A DNA stretch of 64,000 nucleotides from a virus (IMGVR_UViG_3300031998_000045:1-64000); one strand, 5' to 3'. Positions 46,119 through 55,817 are shown, counted from the first letter of the stretch. Numbers and translations: made by a program. Notes: a model not told the origin generated them from the sequence alone.

Positions 46119-46409
46119 TCATATGCCATTCCACTGAAAGCCAAGAGCAGACACGCCAACTGAGATGTCTATCTTCACAGGAACAGCTTTGAATGACTTC
46201 TTGCCTGCAAGATATTCCCAGTAGCAGGTCTTCCAGAAGAACATTGCATCTTCCGGTGTGCTGAAGAGCTGGTCATAGACTCCCTTCTCCAATGGAGTCT
46301 TATGCACATTTCCATACTTAGTGCCTTCAGCTGTTGTGTGGACGCCTAGAAAATAAGCATGGTCTTTGTCTTCAAGCCCGACAGTCCAGCCTTTGAATGT
46401 CTGTGTCAT
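46119..46409 (-). CDS. Hypothetical protein
   Basis: SD-led ORF. Confidence 0.6.
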   Translation of the reverse strand: MTQTFKGWTVGLEDKDHAYFLGVHTTAEGTKYGNVHKTPLEKGVYDQLFSTPEDAMFFWKTCYWEYLAGKKSFKAVPVKIDISVGVSALGFQWNGI

Positions 46410-46423
46410 AGCTTTATCCTCTC

Positions 46424-46636
46424 TTAGACTGCTAGCTCACCATGCTCAGGACTACGTGCAAACACATCACCGGACTCAGTGATGCACAAGATCTTGACAT
46501 CATCAGCATGAGCATGCAGCTCTCTGCATTTCTTTCCGCATTCAATGACAAATCTCTTGTAAGATGAGAACTTCTCGCTTCTGAAAAGCTTTTGCTTTGG
46601 AAGACTTATCTCGAACATGTAAGCTTCATGCATCAC
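46424..46636 (-). CDS. Hypothetical protein
   Basis: SD plus promoter repeat. Confidence 0.55.
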   Translation of the reverse strand: MMHEAYMFEISLPKQKLFRSEKFSSYKRFVIECGKKCRELHAHADDVKILCITESGDVFARSPEHGELAV

Positions 46637-46717
46637 TCTCTCCTTTGCACCATAGATCTTATCAAAAGTCTACAGCTTCAGCCACTCAAGACTTGACTTC
46701 ATCACTTAACTTCATTG

Positions 46718-47086
46718 TCAAATTTGCAAGTCAATGCCTTTGCTGTGAAGATTGCTTATGCACTCTTCAAGATATCTGCTGTCATGTTCAGGATAGTCAG
46801 CTGATGACAGTTGGCTAGTGAAGTCAGACATGTCAAAGCCAATGCGCTTGCCACGATAATGGATGTCATGCCATTCAAGTGCCGCATGGTAGCCTCTAGC
46901 TTCCATCTCATGCATGATTTTCTCATGATAGCTGTACAGCATTGAATATGGATGCTTAAAGACATAGTTGACTACGCTATGCTTCTTTCCCCAACCTTTG
47001 CCACGAAGTGCTGTGCATTCACGATGTTGGCCAAGAAGCTGCATTCTTGGCAGCTTGGCTATCATGTCTTTGTGCCAAAGTCTCAT
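46718..47086 (-). CDS. Pyrimidine-dimer DNA glycosylase-like (TIGR02328-type) protein, copy 2
   Basis: MRLWHKDMIAKLPRMQLLGQHRECTALRGKGWGKKHSVVNYVFKH...EMEARGY. Confidence 0.85.
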   Translation of the reverse strand: MRLWHKDMIAKLPRMQLLGQHRECTALRGKGWGKKHSVVNYVFKHPYSMLYSYHEKIMHEMEARGYHAALEWHDIHYRGKRIGFDMSDFTSQLSSADYPEHDSRYLEECISNLHSKGIDLQI

Positions 47087-48236
47087 TGCTTGTACTTCTT
47101 CATCGTGTCTTCAATTGTCTTTATCTCATCAGGCGTCATGTTGAAAAGCTTGTAGAGGTCATCATCTGTCCACTCGCCTTCATAGCCCTTCTTGCCTGTG
47201 CGCGGATTGATGGTGTCACCAAGCCATGGTAAGAAATCAGGGTGGACGTTCACGTCCACCATAGATTCTTTATATATGTACTTAAATGCATTTAATGCAC
47301 AACTATTGTAAAAATTCTCTCGTTCTTCTATTGTATTAAATTCAATATTTGAAACTTCAGATTTTGGTTTAAGATTTCCCCATATCATTTTATCACGATA
47401 TTCTTTATATGTTTGTCCATAGCAATTTTTGCCATCATTATAATATGCTTTTTCTTTTGTCATCATGAAAAGTGGAGGACATTTTTCAGTCCAGCCTTGT
47501 TTTCCACCACATATTAAAGAAATAACACATGCAAATTTTCTTGGTACACAATGTTTAATATGTGGTTCAATTGTATTATTTTTTATAAAATTAGCATAAC
47601 ATTTATCAATAATAGCATTTTGACAAACAAATGATTTATTACTAATACCTGGAATACATTTATAAATTCCGCATTGAACATTTAAGCAATTGCTAAATAA
47701 TTCGCATGATTTATCAGATGATATAATATCTAAAGCATCTATATGCTTAAGTACAGATGATTCAAATCGCTTTTGATCACTTTTAGCTTTCCATTTTGCT
47801 AATGGATCCTGTAGCCATCTTACTGGGCTCAAATTCACGCACACACTCTTCTCATCATTCAAATGCTTGATTGCCTCAGCAAGAATCTTCAGATGCAAGT
47901 TCCTGCTGTATGGCGGATTCATCACAATACAATCAAACTTCATGTCAGTCTCCTTGAAGTCAAACTTCTCTAAATATTTTACATTGCTAGTCTTCGGCAA
48001 GATGATCTTCAAAGCTTTGTTGCAAGACTTGTTCCCTACAACTATGTATCTAGCTTCAGGATTCAAAGCAACCAGCTTGGCAATATGCAAGACAAATTTG
48101 AGATCTCATAGATCAAGACAGTCTTGTCTGGACCAAGATCTCTCGGCATATGCTTCTCAAACAGACCGAAGTAAGTGCATCCATCAGCATGCATCTTGCT
48201 CTGGTCTATCCGAAGCTCTGAAATGTCTATCTCCAT
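47083..48236 (-). CDS. N6-adenine DNA methyltransferase (Eco57I-like NPPY); start separated from the body by a -1 frameshift
   Basis: FDCIVMNPPY and an AT-rich TRD-like segment. The SD-led ATG at 48236 runs 57 codons to TGA 48063; the MTase body is in the -1 frame from A-AAT-TTG at 48093-48099. Confidence 0.75.
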
Positions 48237-48367
48237 TGTTCTCTCCTAGTTGTTCCACTGCACTATAGATTGTACCAAAAGTCTATGCTCATAGCCACTT
48301 AAGAAACAGATAAAAGCTGGCTTCCATCTGGAAGCCAGCTGCAGTGGTCCAACCACAGACCAAGGTA

Positions 48368-49705
48368 TTACATCATGAAGTTTGCAAAAGTCTTCTCACT
48401 CAAGTGAGTGTCAAGAAACTCAGCCATCTCGGGATCTTGGACAGCATATTCAAGCGCAGCTTCTCGGCTCTTCTTCCAGAGCTGCATAAACTCTTCATTG
48501 TCAAGAAGCTTGCAGATCCGCTCGCGGAACTTGTCAAGCAAGTCTACAGGATCAGCATTCTTCCTGTTCATCCAGACTTCACACCAGCCCTCAGCATCTT
48601 TCTTCTTGACAACTTCTCTGAACTCCTGGTCGTCAGGGATTCCGTTTCCGTCATTGTCTTCCAGACCGCTGAAGAAAGTGTCAAAGCAAGAAGTCAAGAT
48701 CTTCTTCTTGACAGCTGTGAACACTTCTACGATCTCTGGGTCTTTCTCATCCATGTCATTCCACTTGTCTTTCTGCTCATGTGCAGCATCTTCTTCATCA
48801 AGAATTCTGACAGCAGACCCAGTGCTGATGTCTATCTTCTTGCCCCAAGAGAAGCAGTCACTTGTCAAGTCAAAGTTGTTCAGTCCATGGACAAGATTCA
48901 TCAGTGTCTTCAAGTTGTCATTGATGACATAGACGTTTGCATGTCCGTCATTCACCTTTGTGAAAGTCTTCTTCTTGAGCTCTTCAACTTCAACAGTCTT
49001 CTTGAACAGCTTCCCCCAGAAAGTGTCTAGAGGCTTGACAGTCTTCTCTACGACTTCCTTCTCAATCGAGAAGTTCCGGACAGCTCGGCCGATCTGCTGC
49101 ATTGCAGTCTTGTCGCAGTTTGAAGCAGTGATGACAGCATTGAAAGACTTGACATTGATGCCTTCACCGATCATCGCGACTTGGAAGACAAGCACAGGCA
49201 AGCTGTCTTCAAGCTTGTCAATGTCCATTATTGCATCATAGGCTGCCTGAGCATCTACTTTCTTCCCGTCAATCTCAGCAGACAAGTCTTTCTTGATGTT
49301 TGTCTTGTCATCAGTGACAGTCTTCATTGAGTGGATAGAGATCAAGTGGAACTTCTTTCCAGCATTCTCCTTGAACCACTTCTTCTCACGAAGGTTTGCA
49401 ACCTGGTCAATTGATCCGCAGTTCACCAAGATAGTCGGACGGAAGATCTTTCCAGACTTTTCATATACTTCCATCTCTCGGTTGTATACAGCTTTAACAG
49501 CTGCGGGCCAGTCTTCATCACTGCAGTTGACAAGGTTGAGAGACGGCCTGCAGATCCAGCCGTTGTCCATTGCAAGCTTTGGCGAGCATTTGCAGATGTT
49601 CTTCGGGTTCTTCACTGTCATCTTCTGCTGCACCCAGTCAGGAGTGCCAGACATCATGATGACATTCTTGAACAGATGTGCTAAGTTCTTCTCAGACTTC
49701 TTCAT
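48368..49705 (-). CDS. SF2 helicase C-terminal half (motifs III-VI)
   Basis: IMMSGTP, ILVNC, FQVAMIGEGINV, QQIGRAVR. Confidence 0.8.
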   Translation of the reverse strand: MKKSEKNLAHLFKNVIMMSGTPDWVQQKMTVKNPKNICKCSPKLAMDNGWICRPSLNLVNCSDEDWPAAVKAVYNREMEVYEKSGKIFRPTILVNCGSIDQVANLREKKWFKENAGKKFHLISIHSMKTVTDDKTNIKKDLSAEIDGKKVDAQAAYDAIMDIDKLEDSLPVLVFQVAMIGEGINVKSFNAVITASNCDKTAMQQIGRAVRNFSIEKEVVEKTVKPLDTFWGKLFKKTVEVEELKKKTFTKVNDGHANVYVINDNLKTLMNLVHGLNNFDLTSDCFSWGKKIDISTGSAVRILDEEDAAHEQKDKWNDMDEKDPEIVEVFTAVKKKILTSCFDTFFSGLEDNDGNGIPDDQEFREVVKKKDAEGWCEVWMNRKNADPVDLLDKFRERICKLLDNEEFMQLWKKSREAALEYAVQDPEMAEFLDTHLSEKTFANFMM

Positions 49706-49761
49706 TGTGGTGTCTCCTCTCTACTGCATAGATTGTATCAAGTCTAGACAAGCTTAGCCAC

Positions 49762-50520
49762 TCAAGAAAGAGCTTCTATCTCATCAGCGGTCTCTTTGAA
49801 CATCCGCCACTTAGCGCTTTCACCAGTCTTGCTGGATCCCTGGATCCGCTTTGCATCTATCCACTTCGGGCCGAGAAAGACGACAGAGCTCTTGAAGCGC
49901 TCTTCAAGCAGCTCATTTGCTGGATCTGAAGTTGCAATGATGTACTGGCATGGGGTGCTGGTGAAGTCTTTCAAGTCATCTTCAGAGATGAGCTTGTCTC
50001 TGCGAAGCCACAAGTCAGACTGGCAGGCAGCTTTGACAAAGACTTCAGCATCTACTTTGTTGTGCTCACTGTAGTTCTTGACTTGGATTCCAATGGGAAG
50101 TCCATTCCGCTTTGCTGTTGCATCAAAGAACTCTTCTTGAGTCGGGTCAACTGGGCAGTAAGTTCCGGGCTTGATGAAGTCAAGAAGTCCATTCTCAGCC
50201 ATCATCTCAACCAAGATCTCTCCGAGGTTGCCGCGGAACTTTGTCACAACTCGGTCTATGGCATGCTTCCACTCACCGTCATTGTCATGGATGATCTTCG
50301 GCACAAGCTTCAAGAAGACTTTCTTGCATGCTTCATCACATGTCTTCCGCCACAGACTGACAAAAGATCCAAGCTGGCTCTCTTTCAGCTTGTCTGTGCA
50401 AGTCCTGAACACTTCTAAGTAGTCAGGCTTGAGGAACATCTTGTCTCCTCCAAGAGCAGACAAGAAGATGTGAGATGTGTTCTCATTCCGCTTCCACTCT
50501 ACCAGCTGTGCAGTCTTCAT
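49762..50520 (-). CDS. PD-(D/E)XK (Mrr-like) endonuclease
   Basis: GNLGEILVE...EFFDATAKR...IGIQVKNY (E..D..QxK). Confidence 0.65.
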   Translation of the reverse strand: MKTAQLVEWKRNENTSHIFLSALGGDKMFLKPDYLEVFRTCTDKLKESQLGSFVSLWRKTCDEACKKVFLKLVPKIIHDNDGEWKHAIDRVVTKFRGNLGEILVEMMAENGLLDFIKPGTYCPVDPTQEEFFDATAKRNGLPIGIQVKNYSEHNKVDAEVFVKAACQSDLWLRRDKLISEDDLKDFTSTPCQYIIATSDPANELLEERFKSSVVFLGPKWIDAKRIQGSSKTGESAKWRMFKETADEIEALS

Positions 50521-51062
50521 GCAATCCCCCTTCCAAGGACTTTCTCAACAGAAGATGTGTAGTTGTGTGCTTCATCAAGCACAACATTGCCGAGCAGCCA
50601 TCCTCTGCCTTGGATCTTGTGCAGAAACTTCATCCATCTGCGCCATCTCAGCTCAGTGCCGTCCTGCTCAGTCCCCCAGAGAGACTCATCACAGACAACT
50701 GCAACTGCATGCTGAGAGCTGAAAGTCCTTGCTCTCAAGTCCATGTCATGCTGTGTGCAGTCTTTTCGCATGATGTCATAGTCTCTGCCGTCTTCTAAGC
50801 CAAGCTCTTCTTTCAGATATGCACGGATCTCATCTGCCTGCTGTGCACATAGACGGATGCGCGGTGTCACAAACATCTGGAAAGTCTTCTTGTCTCGGTT
50901 CTTCTTGATGAAGTCTCCAAGCGCGTAAGAAGCGAGATCAGTCTTTCCAGACCCGACACATGCATTCACAGGTATGACATTGTGCATGTCATTCGAGTTG
51001 CATGCTTCTACAACTTTGACTCCCTCTTCTTGCCAGCTTCTCTTTGTCTTGCTCATAGACAA
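50517..51062 (-). CDS. SF2 helicase N-terminal half (Walker A/B)
   Basis: ACVGSGKT, FVTPRIRLCAQQ, VVLDEAHN; stops shortly after DEAH. Confidence 0.85.
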   Translation of the reverse strand: MSMSKTKRSWQEEGVKVVEACNSNDMHNVIPVNACVGSGKTDLASYALGDFIKKNRDKKTFQMFVTPRIRLCAQQADEIRAYLKEELGLEDGRDYDIMRKDCTQHDMDLRARTFSSQHAVAVVCDESLWGTEQDGTELRWRRWMKFLHKIQGRGWLLGNVVLDEAHNYTSSVEKVLGRGIA

Positions 51063-51206
51063 TTCTCCTTTGCATTATAGATTCTACCAAAAGACAGTCT
51101 CTTCAGCCATTTAAAAACGCGCTTTATATAGGGAATTTTAATTGTAGACTTTCGACTAGTCGAGTGGCTGCCATTTCAAGCTTTGATATAGGTAAATAAC
51201 TTCATT

Positions 51207-52127
51207 ATGGCAATAAGACGAATATCAGATCTAGGCAATCTGTCAGCTGACATAGCAGAACCAGTGCTCAGCAACTGCTTGCTTGAGGTGTCCTATCCAA
51301 AGGGCAATGAGCAGTATGTTGACAGCAACACTCAGTGGCAGTCTTACTATGTCAATGCGCAGTATCTCAGTGAGAACATGCCAATGCCTACCGCAACTTC
51401 TAGCCATCCAGGCACAGTCATAATAGGTGACAACATCAATGTAGACTCAAATGGACGGATCTCAGTGCTGTCAGCCAACTATGACAGATGGGGCGTGGTG
51501 AAGATGCCAGCTCCAAGAAGCGGCGGCAGAGTCGGTGTCCTTGGTGTAGATGAGAACGGACGTCTTGTAGACAACACTGAGCAATATCAAAGCTCTTAGA
51601 CAACAGAGACCAGCTTTGATCTGCAGACGGTGTTTGACATGATCTACCCCGTTGGATCAGTGTATGTCTCAATGCTTGGCACTCCACCGCCGTTTGCTGA
51701 CAACTACATCGGACTTGTGAACTGCACTTGGAAGCAGATTGACAAAGACTGCACTTTGTGGTCTACAGCTTCAGCCGATCTTCCAGCGAGCATCAGCCCT
51801 AGCACAGATCCAACAGTGTCTAGCAACTATGTCTCTGAGACTCTTCCAAAGCTTCCGGACATCCAATGTGAGATAAGCGGCAGCCATGTGCACAGAGCAC
51901 CGTTCCCTGACTGGGACAAATGCGGCAGCCACACTCAGTATTCATGGGCAGGACGGCCTACATACAGTCCAATGGGAATACAAGACTTGTCAAGCTTGAA
52001 CACTAAGTCTGCTGGAGCTCATGGGCACAAAGTGAGCTACAAGTCGGCTGTTCCAGAAGCTTACCAAGATGAAGCTAGTGTCCGTCCACGCGGCTTCAAA
52101 TGCTCAATGTGGGTGAGAGTTGCATGA
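51207..52127 (+). CDS. Tail fibre/baseplate-like structural protein (306 aa, TAG=Gln)
   Basis: Two track ORFs joined across one TAG. ATSSHPGTVIIGDNINVDSNGRIS repeat; FDMIYPVGSVYVS...WKQI baseplate-type motif. Confidence 0.75.
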
Positions 52128-52298
52128 CAGACTTCCTTGACATGTGCTTCTGTGTCTCATCCGGAGCCACCCTAGCAGTTCTCGCAGTCAGTGCTCTGCT
52201 GCTCAAGAAGACTTCTCTGCTGTCTGCAGATGAATGCTTCAGAGGCTGCGTGAAGCTCTTCCTCGGAACTGCTAGTCTGGCAGTCATATTCCGGATAC

Positions 52299-52811
52299 TC
52301 AGCCAGCTAGCTGCAGAGCGCTTTCAATGATGTCTGCAACCTTCTGCTTTGCTCTCAGCATTCTGCAGCAAGTGATGTCTACCCAGCCAGCGGAAGGGAC
52401 TGCATACAGCTCTCGCATCTGCTGGAGATCACTCAGCACTGAGTCAAATGTCTTAGCAAAGTCTTCAAGCGCATTATGAGATTCTTCATCCAGAGACTTC
52501 TCTACCGGCTTCTCAGCTGGGCTCTCAAATAAGTCCATCTGCTGGGGCTTGCGCTGCTCAGCCTTGATGAGAGCTTCAGCATAAGCAGCGCCTTTGTCTG
52601 TGAGGACATAGACACCGCCTCTTACAGGGCAATTGTCAAGCTTTCTGAGATAGCCGTCTTTGTAGAGATTGTAGAAAGCATCTCTAAGAGAGGCTGCTGA
52701 AGCAAAGCCTGTCTTGGCTAGTCCTCCGTCTTGAAGCAGAGATCTCATGCTTGGCGCTGTGCCGCAGTTGTCCCAGGCGATCAGGACGAGAAGCTTGTCT
52801 TTCTTAGTCAT
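52299..52811 (-). CDS. Winged-helix-like protein
   Basis: AFYNLYKDGYL...YVLTDKG. Confidence 0.6.
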   Translation of the reverse strand: MTKKDKLLVLIAWDNCGTAPSMRSLLQDGGLAKTGFASAASLRDAFYNLYKDGYLRKLDNCPVRGGVYVLTDKGAAYAEALIKAEQRKPQQMDLFESPAEKPVEKSLDEESHNALEDFAKTFDSVLSDLQQMRELYAVPSAGWVDITCCRMLRAKQKVADIIESALQLAG

Positions 52812-52912
52812 TGTATTTTCTCCTTTAGCTGATTGACATGATAGATAATATCAAAAGTCTGCCTGCATAGCCACTTAGCTTCTGCAGACAGACCTCTAGT
52901 CATCCATATTTG

Positions 52913-53398
52913 TCAGACAAGCTCAGCAATCTCAGCAAGATGAGCATTCACAGCTTCTTTGACTTGATTCACCTTGCCAATGATTTCAGTCCATTCTTTG
53001 CTGTAGTTCATCTTCCACACAAGTCTGTTCCTGTATCTGCCCTCGTATCGCTTAGAGTCTTTCTTAGTCGGCGGATGCAAGTCAAGACCAGCCTTGCGCA
53101 TGATAGATGCAAATGCCTTGAGATCTACCTCAGCTGGATTGTTGTGGTTCCCTCGAATGAAAATAGATCCAATGAATGCTGCTTCATCTGGCTCTAGTCT
53201 GAAGTCACAGTCAAGTCCAACTCTCACTGACTTGCCCTTGCTGTTCTTGACCGGATTGGTGTTTGCATAAGAAGAAATCTCTGGATTGAACTTCTTTTCT
53301 CGCTTCCATCCTGGAACAGATGCAAGCTTAGTGTAGTCCATGAGCTTACGCACGCAGCTGTTGACAATGTCATTTTTAACACTGTTGTCGGATGCCAT
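52913..53398 (-). CDS. Hypothetical protein
   Basis: 161-aa ORF. Confidence 0.6.
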   Translation of the reverse strand: MASDNSVKNDIVNSCVRKLMDYTKLASVPGWKREKKFNPEISSYANTNPVKNSKGKSVRVGLDCDFRLEPDEAAFIGSIFIRGNHNNPAEVDLKAFASIMRKAGLDLHPPTKKDSKRYEGRYRNRLVWKMNYSKEWTEIIGKVNQVKEAVNAHLAEIAELV

Positions 53399-53458
53399 TG
53401 TATGCCTTCTTTCTCTTTAGTTTGTTGAAGTTGAAATGCCAGTCTAGACTATGTCTCA

Positions 53459-53926
53459 TCACTTCAGAGCTGCCAGCAGCTTGGCTACCTGCTCAATTGC
53501 TTCCTGGCACTTTGCAATAGCTTCCTGGACCTGCTGCTCCCAGCCATTCGCCGGCGTCTCAGACTCAGCTGACGGCTCTTCCTCAGGCTCTTCCTCGTCA
53601 AGCTCAGCTTCGGCCTTGAGGGCTTCATTCAGCTTGTCTGAAAGACCAGGGGTGAGAATCCCGCCCTCATACACCATGCGCTTGGCTGTCTCAAGGTCGG
53701 TGATGATGATGGTGCCGTCCAGGCCGTCATAGTCAATGTAGCCATGCTTGGCCAGATAGTAGAAGCCGTTGAGCACACGCTTGCGCCATTCATGAGAGTA
53801 GTACGCCTTGATGAATGGCTCCGGATTGACGAAGAGCTGCTCGCCGTCGGATTCGGCAGCTTCGGTGAGGTTGGCCAGCAGGTTGCCGGCGAAGGAGGTG
53901 GACATGAGCTTGGTGTTCGTGTTCAT
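53459..53926 (-). CDS. Acidic hypothetical protein
   Basis: GC3-rich, SD-led. Confidence 0.65.
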   Translation of the reverse strand: MNTNTKLMSTSFAGNLLANLTEAAESDGEQLFVNPEPFIKAYYSHEWRKRVLNGFYYLAKHGYIDYDGLDGTIIITDLETAKRMVYEGGILTPGLSDKLNEALKAEAELDEEEPEEEPSAESETPANGWEQQVQEAIAKCQEAIEQVAKLLAALK

Positions 53927-53974
53927 TTTTTCTCGCTTTCTGTTGGTTGGTTGATAAGTTAGATTGTACTTGGA

Positions 53975-54304
53975 TCAGGCAAGGTCGCCCTCCATCTTAG
54001 CCTGGAGGAGGAACGCCTTGCCTTTGGGGGTTGCACGCCAGAAGCACTGGCGGCCTTCACGCCGGAAGGTTGCCAAGCCGTAAGCCGTGAGGGTTGCGAA
54101 TTCGCCGTTGTGGCGTGGATTGTGGTGGCTCTCAGATATGCCGCCATGTGTTATCGCCAGGATGTCCCAGCGCCTCAGGCCCGGGAAGTTGACCAGAGCC
54201 TCGAGGATGCGCATGTACTTGGGCATCTTCTGAGCGTGGGCGAACGTGATTGCCTTGGTGGTGCTGTTGCCGCCGCGGCCGTGGATGAGGGTTGGCTTCT
54301 TCAT
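53975..54304 (-). CDS. Winged-helix-like protein, similar to 21732..22088
   Basis: TFAHAQKMPKYMRILEAL...EFATLTAYGL...WRATPKG. Confidence 0.65.
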   Translation of the reverse strand: MKKPTLIHGRGGNSTTKAITFAHAQKMPKYMRILEALVNFPGLRRWDILAITHGGISESHHNPRHNGEFATLTAYGLATFRREGRQCFWRATPKGKAFLLQAKMEGDLA

Positions 54305-54335
54305 TTGGACTCCTTTGGTTGGTGGTTGGGTTGGT

Positions 54336-54620
54336 TTAGACAGACACCTTGAAGGGCATCCGGCGGAGGCGTGAATTGTCATGCCACTGCTTTGGCCTCA
54401 AGTGGACCTCATGGTAGCCCGTGTGGTCCAGGCCGTTGCCGTCAAGGCGGTTCTTGTATCCAGCGTGGTCCCTTGTGCCCGCCGGGTTGAGGGTCATGCC
54501 CGACCTGAACTCAGGCATTTCCTGAGGCTTGGTCCCGAAGAGCTGCTCAAGGACTTGGGCCTTGACCTCATCTGAGGTCTTGTGGATAGCTTCAGGACAT
54601 TCATGGACGATTGACTTCAT
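54336..54620 (-). CDS. Small protein, paralog of 59374..59658
   Basis: IVHECPEA...AGTRDHAGYKNRLDGN...GYHE...DNSR.RRMPFKV. Confidence 0.75.
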   Translation of the reverse strand: MKSIVHECPEAIHKTSDEVKAQVLEQLFGTKPQEMPEFRSGMTLNPAGTRDHAGYKNRLDGNGLDHTGYHEVHLRPKQWHDNSRLRRMPFKVSV

Positions 54621-54700
54621 TTGGTCCTTTCGTTGGTTGGGTGGTTAGTTGGCGGTTGGGAACCACCCCACAAGGGATTGTGAGGGTGGCCCCAGATTGC

Positions 54701-55186
54701 TTAGGCCATCTTGGTGACCTTGGTGATTCCCTCAATTCCGTAGGTCCTCCAGGTGACAGGCGAGGTGGAGGGGGCGGCCTTTGGGAGGTAGTTGGTCTTG
54801 AGGTCCTCGACCTCCGCCTGAGTGGCGAGGCGGCCGTCGATGTAGTACTCGGTGTGCTGGTCCTCAAAGGCGGACAAGGCTGCGTAGAATTTACCAGGGG
54901 TTCTATCGGCCTCCATGAGCCAGGAGGACCCGTCCACGTAGTGCTTTCCGGAGGGTGCCTGTGCCACAAAGTCCTTGGCCAGGCCTTGGCTTTCCAGAAC
55001 CTTGTTCACCTCATCCTGGTAGCATGCGCCCGCGACGGCCGTGAAGGTCGACCTCTTTTCCACAGAGAAGGTGGTCGGTGCCTTCGTCGTGCGGTTCTTC
55101 TTCGTCAGTCCCGGAGTCGTCCTCACCTCGAAGGCGTAACGAGCAGGAGTTGCCGTGATAGCGTTCGTGATTTCGGTCTTCGTCAT
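54701..55186 (-). CDS. Conserved phage hypothetical protein
   Basis: Thr/Ala-rich, GC3-rich; C-terminus WRTYGIEGITKV. Confidence 0.7.
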   Translation of the reverse strand: MTKTEITNAITATPARYAFEVRTTPGLTKKNRTTKAPTTFSVEKRSTFTAVAGACYQDEVNKVLESQGLAKDFVAQAPSGKHYVDGSSWLMEADRTPGKFYAALSAFEDQHTEYYIDGRLATQAEVEDLKTNYLPKAAPSTSPVTWRTYGIEGITKVTKMA

Positions 55187-55817
55187 TTTTCTCTCCGTGT
55201 GGTTGGTGTGGTTGGTTTATGGGTTGCACCACCAGGTGCCGCCCGAAATTGATCATATCAAACTGGATGAATTTCAGCCACTTAAGATTTAATATTTTTT
55301 TTCGAGCCATTGAGTGGCTGATTTTTTAGATGTTTTATTGTCCCTCACATTGTTGATCATATCAAATTGGAGGAACTCTAGCCATTTAAAAATTAAATTT
55401 AATTAAATTAAATTTAATTTTTAATTTTTTATTTTTAATTGATCTCCATTGTCCCTCGCATTATAGATCATATCAAAAATCATTGACTTCAGCCATTTAA
55501 AAGATAAAAATATTATTTTTTATGAAAATAATATTTTAAATGGCTGAAAAAAAATTTGATATAATCACGAGCCGCCGCCCATTATACCAAAAATTCGCGC
55601 GGCGGTCATTTAAAAAATAATTTTTTTTAATAAAAACCCCTATATAAGAAAAGGCGCCGCGTCTAGCCATTTAAAAATAAAAATATTTTAAATATGTTCA
55701 AATATGCTCCACATCAACTGGAACACTCAGACACACAGCAGCCATAGATGGCTTGCTATGCATCTAAGCAGTCCCAGCTTCGCAGCTGTCATGCAGCAGT
55801 GGTTGAAGCAAATCTGC

